Below, piece after piece: positions 58,685 through 64,000 of a DNA stretch of 64,000 bases; within the stretch, counting starts at the first letter, position 1; each line of letters opens with the position of its first letter. This DNA comes from Promethearchaeota archaeon (GTDB lineage Archaea; Asgardarchaeota; Lokiarchaeia; Sigyniarchaeales; SOKP01): assembly GCA_048938855.1 (NCBI GenBank), contig JBHLLT010000003.1:1-64000 (forward strand), given 5' to 3'. The translations under genes and the position numbers were made by a program. Below the pieces are notes generated by a model that had not been told where the DNA came from, did not search any database, and saw only the letters and a list, made by a program, of their open reading frames with translations.

Positions 58685-59044
58685 TTATGGAGGTACCATA
58701 GAGAAGAAGGCTATTTGGTAAAATAAAAAATACCAAATTATCATAAACGATGCCACTGCGACTGTGGAAATCAAACCAAAACCTTTTACACCTCTAGGAA
58801 TGCCAAGACCTTCGGTATTATTTCTTTGAATAAAAGCTCTTATCATTGCCACAACATATATTAAGAAGATTATTAGAGCAACAATCCATAGAAATAGCAT
58901 TAATAGTGATAAAGTATATACAGGAAAACTGTTTAACCATACCCAAAACCTTATTATTAAATAAGTTGGAATTACTGAATATATAACTGCTGTAAATAAA
59001 AACACTATTCCCCATGCTATCCCTTTGATAGCCATTTTTACCAA
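58685..59044 (-). CDS. Small three-TM membrane protein
   Basis: Three hydrophobic segments; AGGT RBS-like sequence. Confidence 0.7.
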   Translation of the reverse strand: MVKMAIKGIAWGIVFLFTAVIYSVIPTYLIIRFWVWLNSFPVYTLSLLMLFLWIVALIIFLIYVVAMIRAFIQRNNTEGLGIPRGVKGFGLISTVAVASFMIIWYFLFYQIAFFSMVPP

Positions 59045-59168
59045 CCTATAATTATTTTTTGGGTTAATTGTTTGATTATTTTTATTTATTATAATTTAAA
59101 AGATTTGCTGGAAACGTTTTTTCATTACAAAATCTTTGATATCAAGCCTAACCTATTAAAAATTAATT

Positions 59169-60215
59169 TCAAATTATGTTTTTTATTAACCAACGCATTG
59201 CGTTCATTAATTTTTCATCTTCTTTTAGAATATTTATTGGATAATATTTCACTTTAATTCCAATTTCTCTTAATTCTTTTATTTCAAAGGTTTCGTAAAC
59301 GAATTTAGAATTCAAACCTTTTTTATCAAAAAATTTATTGCCAATAATTAAAATTGGTGCTAAATCTGTTTCCATTTCTAAACGGGTATTATCAACAATT
59401 TTAAAAATTTCTTTTGTCTGAATAGCTGAATCCTTTTCTGATAGATTAAAAAGTAGAATAAAGCCTTGGGAGAGATTAATACAATTTTGTAAATTTTTAA
59501 ATTCTCTGCATTCAAAAGCACTGAACTCGTTGTCATATTTTAAAATTTCAAGATTTTCAATAACAACCTCAAAAATCCTGCTTGGTAAATCATTTCTTTT
59601 AATATTTAGGAATTGAATTAATTCAATATTCTTTAAAAGAGTTGTTTTTCCTGCCATTGGAGCCCCAATAATGAATATTTTTTTTATCAAGCGTTTATCC
59701 TTTATAGGAGTTTCTAACAAATATTTGGGGGATAATTTCACAAAATATTTATTAAAAATTATTAAGAATTTCTTTCTTAATTCTTCATTTGCTAGATCTA
59801 ATGCATATTCCACTGTTCTTTTACTTTTTTTTGCGTGTAAAATTGATATAATATCTTTTAGTTTTTGTATTTCTCCAGCAAATTCACTTAATACAGGTGC
59901 TTTAGAATCTAAATATTTGAAAACATCGACTATTTCATCCTTAAAAATCGCTGTTTTAATCATATACGTAATCATCAATAGTTCTTTGCCGCCACGAGCT
60001 AAATCGGAATCCATATAAAAAATATGATTGACCGTTTGGAATTTTCTATAAGCAAAAATAAACGTACCTTCCTCATCATTGAATTCGAGGATTTTATTTA
60101 CATCTGGGGCGTCAGAAGATTTAGAAAGACTTTCACTTGAATATAATGTATTTGGTCCGATAACTTGGTCAAAATAAGTTATAGTTAGAATTTGGTTTGA
60201 ACTTTGTGTCATCAT
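59169..60215 (-). CDS. uDENN/longin domain fused to a degenerate Arf-like P-loop GTPase
   Basis: N-terminal YFDQVIGP and ARGGKELLM motifs; G1 GAPMAGKTT; G4 GNKF; no DxxG. Confidence 0.75.
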   Translation of the reverse strand: MMTQSSNQILTITYFDQVIGPNTLYSSESLSKSSDAPDVNKILEFNDEEGTFIFAYRKFQTVNHIFYMDSDLARGGKELLMITYMIKTAIFKDEIVDVFKYLDSKAPVLSEFAGEIQKLKDIISILHAKKSKRTVEYALDLANEELRKKFLIIFNKYFVKLSPKYLLETPIKDKRLIKKIFIIGAPMAGKTTLLKNIELIQFLNIKRNDLPSRIFEVVIENLEILKYDNEFSAFECREFKNLQNCINLSQGFILLFNLSEKDSAIQTKEIFKIVDNTRLEMETDLAPILIIGNKFFDKKGLNSKFVYETFEIKELREIGIKVKYYPINILKEDEKLMNAMRWLIKNII

Positions 60216-60293
60216 TGAAAAAATAAGACTTGTTCAAATTTAAAACTTATAAATTTAATTTAAAAGATTTCTCTAAACTAAAAAAAAAGAAAT

Positions 60294-62006
60294 TTATAAA
60301 AATCGTGTTAATATGAAAGCCAAACCACTTTGCGGAGGGGACATTGTAATTACCAAGAAAGTACTCAAGACAGCATTTATTACTGCTGCAGAAATAATAT
60401 TGCCTGTTTTTTTATAAGTTATTACGGATACTGCTGACGTTAAAACAAACATGATGATAGCAATAGGAAGAAATACTCCGAAATAGAAGAAACTCCTCGT
60501 AATTCCGGCGACGATCAATAAATAAACAAAGAAATACAAGAATGGAAATATAAAACCTAAATATATAACTTTCAAGTTATTTTTCAGAGAATCAGAGAAT
60601 TTACTTTGAATTATCATTTGCATTAATATATTCTGAATTAAGATGACAAAGAAATATATAACAAAAAAGATAGGAATGGTCCAAATTTTATCTATTGAAG
60701 GTAATAATGCTAAATAATTTAACCCTATTGAGAAATATGAAATAACATATAATATTGCAGCTAAAATCACACCTAATACTAATTCTCTTAAGAGTTTATT
60801 TCTTCCACCACTAAATGGTTTTTTCAAGATATCTTTAAATGATAATTTTACTTTCTTACCAATTCTCCATATTAGGATTAACAGCCCGAAAACCTGACCA
60901 AATAATAAGGTTACCACAAATCCAGCTATTGCTAATGGCAAAATTAGCATTATAGGTATAAAAATGAACATCCCGGGAATACCAAGGGATAAAGAATAGA
61001 TTAAAGTTCTAATTGATATATTAGCAATCGAAGTTTCAGGGGTATCAATTTTATAAAAAATATCTTCCAAATCTCTATCGTTTTCTTCTTTTTTAGATAA
61101 TATTAATTGAGAAAATGGCTCAATAATTAAAAAGAAAAATCCAATACCTCCAATAACTTGAATTAATAATATAATTGCTCTTATATTTACATAAAAATTT
61201 TCATCCAAAACATTAAGATCAAATGAGTTTATAGCCCAATCTTTTGCCTCTCGAATGAAATCTTGATCCCAAGCTACCTTCAAATGATTACTATCATCAT
61301 CTAAATAAATCATTGTTGCATTTCCATGTTCAAAAGATCCATATATTTTATTTGAATATATATTTGATATTGGAATCCCTGTACGGTTTCCTACGCTATT
61401 CTTTAATTCGCTAAGTTTAATAGCTTCATCAAAAAGTGCTTGAATCATAAGAACATTTAGAGGATTAGTTGAATTCCCTTTTCTAAGTGTAGGATATAAC
61501 CACGTACCAATTCCAATAAAACATTTAAAAGACGTATCGTTATGAATCACACTTTGTCCCAAACCCCCCATACTATAACCAATATAACCTAATGAATTCA
61601 TATCAATATCGCTCATCCCATTTAAATAATCTTTTATAGCCAGAATATCTCTAAACATAGCATTATTATCTCCTGAAGTGCTTTGTCCATGTCCTCTAAA
61701 ATCAAATGGAACCGCAACAAAACCTGCAGCTGCCAGTTCTAATGCATATCCCTTTAACATTTCCTTGTTTGCCATAAATCCATGACCAATTATAATCGCA
61801 GGTTTACTCAATCCTCCACTTACAGGTTCAAAAACATTGAATGAAATTGTAACACCATCGGTCGTTCTAATAGATTTATTATATGTTGCTTTAACACTAA
61901 TTGGTACAGTAAAAATAAAAACTGTCCCTGTAATAAAGATCGCTAAAAAAATAGATAGTAGAATAATTCTCTTTTTAGTTATTTCAATCCTGTTCATATT
62001 AGTCAA
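60294..62006 (-). CDS. Alpha/beta hydrolase with a multi-pass C-terminal membrane domain
   Basis: N-terminal TM, HGF, DFRGHGQS, GYSMG; about eight C-terminal TM helices. Confidence 0.85.
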   Translation of the reverse strand: MTNMNRIEITKKRIILLSIFLAIFITGTVFIFTVPISVKATYNKSIRTTDGVTISFNVFEPVSGGLSKPAIIIGHGFMANKEMLKGYALELAAAGFVAVPFDFRGHGQSTSGDNNAMFRDILAIKDYLNGMSDIDMNSLGYIGYSMGGLGQSVIHNDTSFKCFIGIGTWLYPTLRKGNSTNPLNVLMIQALFDEAIKLSELKNSVGNRTGIPISNIYSNKIYGSFEHGNATMIYLDDDSNHLKVAWDQDFIREAKDWAINSFDLNVLDENFYVNIRAIILLIQVIGGIGFFFLIIEPFSQLILSKKEENDRDLEDIFYKIDTPETSIANISIRTLIYSLSLGIPGMFIFIPIMLILPLAIAGFVVTLLFGQVFGLLILIWRIGKKVKLSFKDILKKPFSGGRNKLLRELVLGVILAAILYVISYFSIGLNYLALLPSIDKIWTIPIFFVIYFFVILIQNILMQMIIQSKFSDSLKNNLKVIYLGFIFPFLYFFVYLLIVAGITRSFFYFGVFLPIAIIMFVLTSAVSVITYKKTGNIISAAVINAVLSTFLVITMSPPQSGLAFILTRFL

Positions 62007-62142
62007 TTTTAAAATATTTTGTGAAATAATATTAGTTAATTTATTAGATTTTAATGTTTATTAAGTTTAATTTTTCCTACAATAATTTTAAATTATGGAA
62101 TCAATTTATTAGGAATATAAAGATTTAAATATTTCTTTAAAT

Positions 62143-62811
62143 ATGGAGAATTTTGTAAAACGGATTAAATTAACTTATGTTAACTGTTATTTGGTCAAAG
62201 CTCGTGAAGGTTTTGTTTTAATTGACTCTGGATATCCTTCTAAACTCTCAAGTTTAGAGGAAGAACTTATATCAGAAGGAGTTAAGCCAGGAAATCTTAC
62301 TCTTATTATTATAACTCATGGTGATTTTGATCATATAGGAAATTGTGTATATCTCCGTGATAAGTATAAATCTAAAATTTTAATGCACTCGATGGAAGCT
62401 AAAACGGTTGAATCAGGAGATATGACATATAATAGAAAAGCTAAGACAGATAAACACTCTCTATTTTTTAGGTTGATTTCATCTTTTGGAGGATCTGAGA
62501 AATATCAGGGATTCTCGCCTGATCTCATAGTTTCTGATAATGAAGATCTTACTATTTATGGATTTGATGCGAAAATTATTCTGATACCGGGACATACAAA
62601 AGGTTCAATTGGAGTTTATACACAGGAGGGTAATTTTTTCTGTGGTGACTTACTAAAAAATTATAGAAAACCTAGCTTACATTTCTTTATAGATGATATG
62701 TCTAGTGCTCGGGAAAGTATAAATACTCTAATCAATTTGGGTGTAAAAAAAATCTTCCCTGGACATGGAAAACCATTTTTAATGGAAGAATTTCTTAAAC
62801 GATATAAGTAA
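62143..62811 (+). CDS. Metallo-beta-lactamase-fold hydrolase
   Basis: LIDSG, THGDFDHIG, PGHTKG, GD, PGHG motifs. Confidence 0.9.
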   Translation: MENFVKRIKLTYVNCYLVKAREGFVLIDSGYPSKLSSLEEELISEGVKPGNLTLIIITHGDFDHIGNCVYLRDKYKSKILMHSMEAKTVESGDMTYNRKAKTDKHSLFFRLISSFGGSEKYQGFSPDLIVSDNEDLTIYGFDAKIILIPGHTKGSIGVYTQEGNFFCGDLLKNYRKPSLHFFIDDMSSARESINTLINLGVKKIFPGHGKPFLMEEFLKRYK

Positions 62812-62843
62812 TAAAAAACCTAAAATAAGATTTGTTAATAGAG

Positions 62844-63923
62844 CTATATTTTAGCGGGATTATGTATAAAAGCTTCAATTAATCGGATCGTCTGTAAAAT
62901 ATCATCAAGCTTTAATAAAGAAGTTGGTGAATGAATATATCTGCAAGGAACAGACACAATTGAACTTGGTACACCACTACGCGTAATTAGAATTTTTGCC
63001 GCGTCAGTACCTCCATATCGAGGTTTTTTAAATTGATATGGAATATTTTCTCGCTCTGCATTTTTAATTAATCGCTGATTGACTTTAGGATTTGATATGA
63101 CCGTTCTATCCGCAACAGTTATCGCGGGGCCTTTTCCAATACTTACTGGAATTTTATCTTTACTAATCCCAGGAACATCTGCAGCAGTCGTATTCTCAAC
63201 AGCAAGTGCCATTGTAGGTTCCAATTTATAAGCCCCCACCATTGCTCCTTGGCCACCAACCTCTTCTTGTACAGCAAAATTAAAGACTACTGTGTCAGAA
63301 TGTTCTTTTTCCTTTAAAAGCATTAAAATGTGAAGAAGAACGTTACAAGCAGTACGATCATCAAAAGCTTTGCCACGAACCATTCTGTTAGGAAATTCTA
63401 TAAAAGGGCTAACTAATGTACCTACAGTTCCAATATTAATCTTATTATCAATTACCTCTTTATAAGAAGTCAAACCAATATCAATATACATCTCATCAAT
63501 ATCGACTATTTTTTTTCGTTCTTCAATAGAGCTAAGATGAGGAGGTTTTGAGCCAATAATTCCATTGACTGTCTTTCCATCTCCTGTTTTCAATATAACT
63601 GGTTGTCCTAATAAAATTCGATTATCCCAACCTCCGATTGATACAAATCGTAAAAAACCCTTTTCATTAATATGAGAAATCATAAATCCAATTTCATCGA
63701 TATGAGCATCTAGTAATATTCTATTTTCGCTATTAGATCCCTCCTTAATTGCTAAAACACTTCCTAAGGGGTCAATCCATGCTTTATCAGCTAAATCTTT
63801 TTTTTCAATCTCGGCAAGAATGAAACTACTAACCTCTTCTTCATGTCCAGATACGCCAAGTAATGATGATAACTTCTGTTGTAATTCTTTAATACTTTCT
63901 ATATTTAGACTCATTTTCCTCAT
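62844..63923 (-). CDS. M42 family aminopeptidase (TET-like)
   Basis: GVSGHE, AHIDEIG, KAFDDR, QEEVG, GGTDA, P.RYIHS motifs. Confidence 0.95.
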   Translation of the reverse strand: MRKMSLNIESIKELQQKLSSLLGVSGHEEEVSSFILAEIEKKDLADKAWIDPLGSVLAIKEGSNSENRILLDAHIDEIGFMISHINEKGFLRFVSIGGWDNRILLGQPVILKTGDGKTVNGIIGSKPPHLSSIEERKKIVDIDEMYIDIGLTSYKEVIDNKINIGTVGTLVSPFIEFPNRMVRGKAFDDRTACNVLLHILMLLKEKEHSDTVVFNFAVQEEVGGQGAMVGAYKLEPTMALAVENTTAADVPGISKDKIPVSIGKGPAITVADRTVISNPKVNQRLIKNAERENIPYQFKKPRYGGTDAAKILITRSGVPSSIVSVPCRYIHSPTSLLKLDDILQTIRLIEAFIHNPAKI

Positions 63924-64000
63924 GAGTAAGATTCTATTAAATTAATAAGTAAACAATTAATAATTCACATAAATAGTTTAAGGAAATTCGAGAAAATTGA

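Noticed and set aside
1-64000. tRNA, rRNA, CRISPR arrays, transposases/integrases, inteins, selenocysteine/pyrrolysine read-through
   Set aside because: No GC-rich structured RNA segments, repeat-spacer arrays, recombinase motifs, intein termini or in-frame stops within conserved domains were seen by eye. tRNAscan-SE and Infernal would be needed to exclude small RNAs.

Overview
AT-rich, gene-dense 64 kb archaeal window, most likely from a Lokiarchaeia (Asgard) genome. The assignment rests on four small GTPases (two fused to longin/uDENN-like domains), a Loki-CTERM (IPGYD) sorting motif, archaeal housekeeping genes (PUA/DUF1947, short XPF, geranylgeranyl reductase, M42 TET peptidase) and GGTGA/GAGG ribosome-binding sites. 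About 50 CDSs cover fatty-acid beta-oxidation and lipid modification, peptide and amino-acid catabolism (HypD-like glycyl radical enzyme, tryptophanase, peptidases), NAD synthesis (nadB) and eukaryote-like signalling. I saw no rRNA, tRNA, CRISPR array or intact transposase/integrase. Most notable observations: (1) an operon of a double-domain PlsC acyltransferase and a stand-alone COG3580/DUF2229 Fe-S module of the anaerobic plasmalogen/ether-lipid synthase (PlsA/Ger) type; (2) a Rab-like (pseudo)GTPase fused to a ribbon-helix-helix DNA-binding domain, with two palindromic operators 53 bp apart over its own promoter; (3) an integrase-less insertion hotspot (displaced HAD 3' end with a 32-bp identity core, an orphan Loki-CTERM tail, an 18-bp direct repeat around a secreted metallopeptidase); (4) a tandem array of four paralogous surface beta-sandwich modules with conserved cytoplasmic tails, divergent from an NPRL2-like longin-wHTH gene and a giant TrmB-like gene; (5) tandem YwlE-type phosphatases; (6) a hydrolase split exactly at a slippery heptamer. 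All family assignments come from motif recognition by eye, not database searches.
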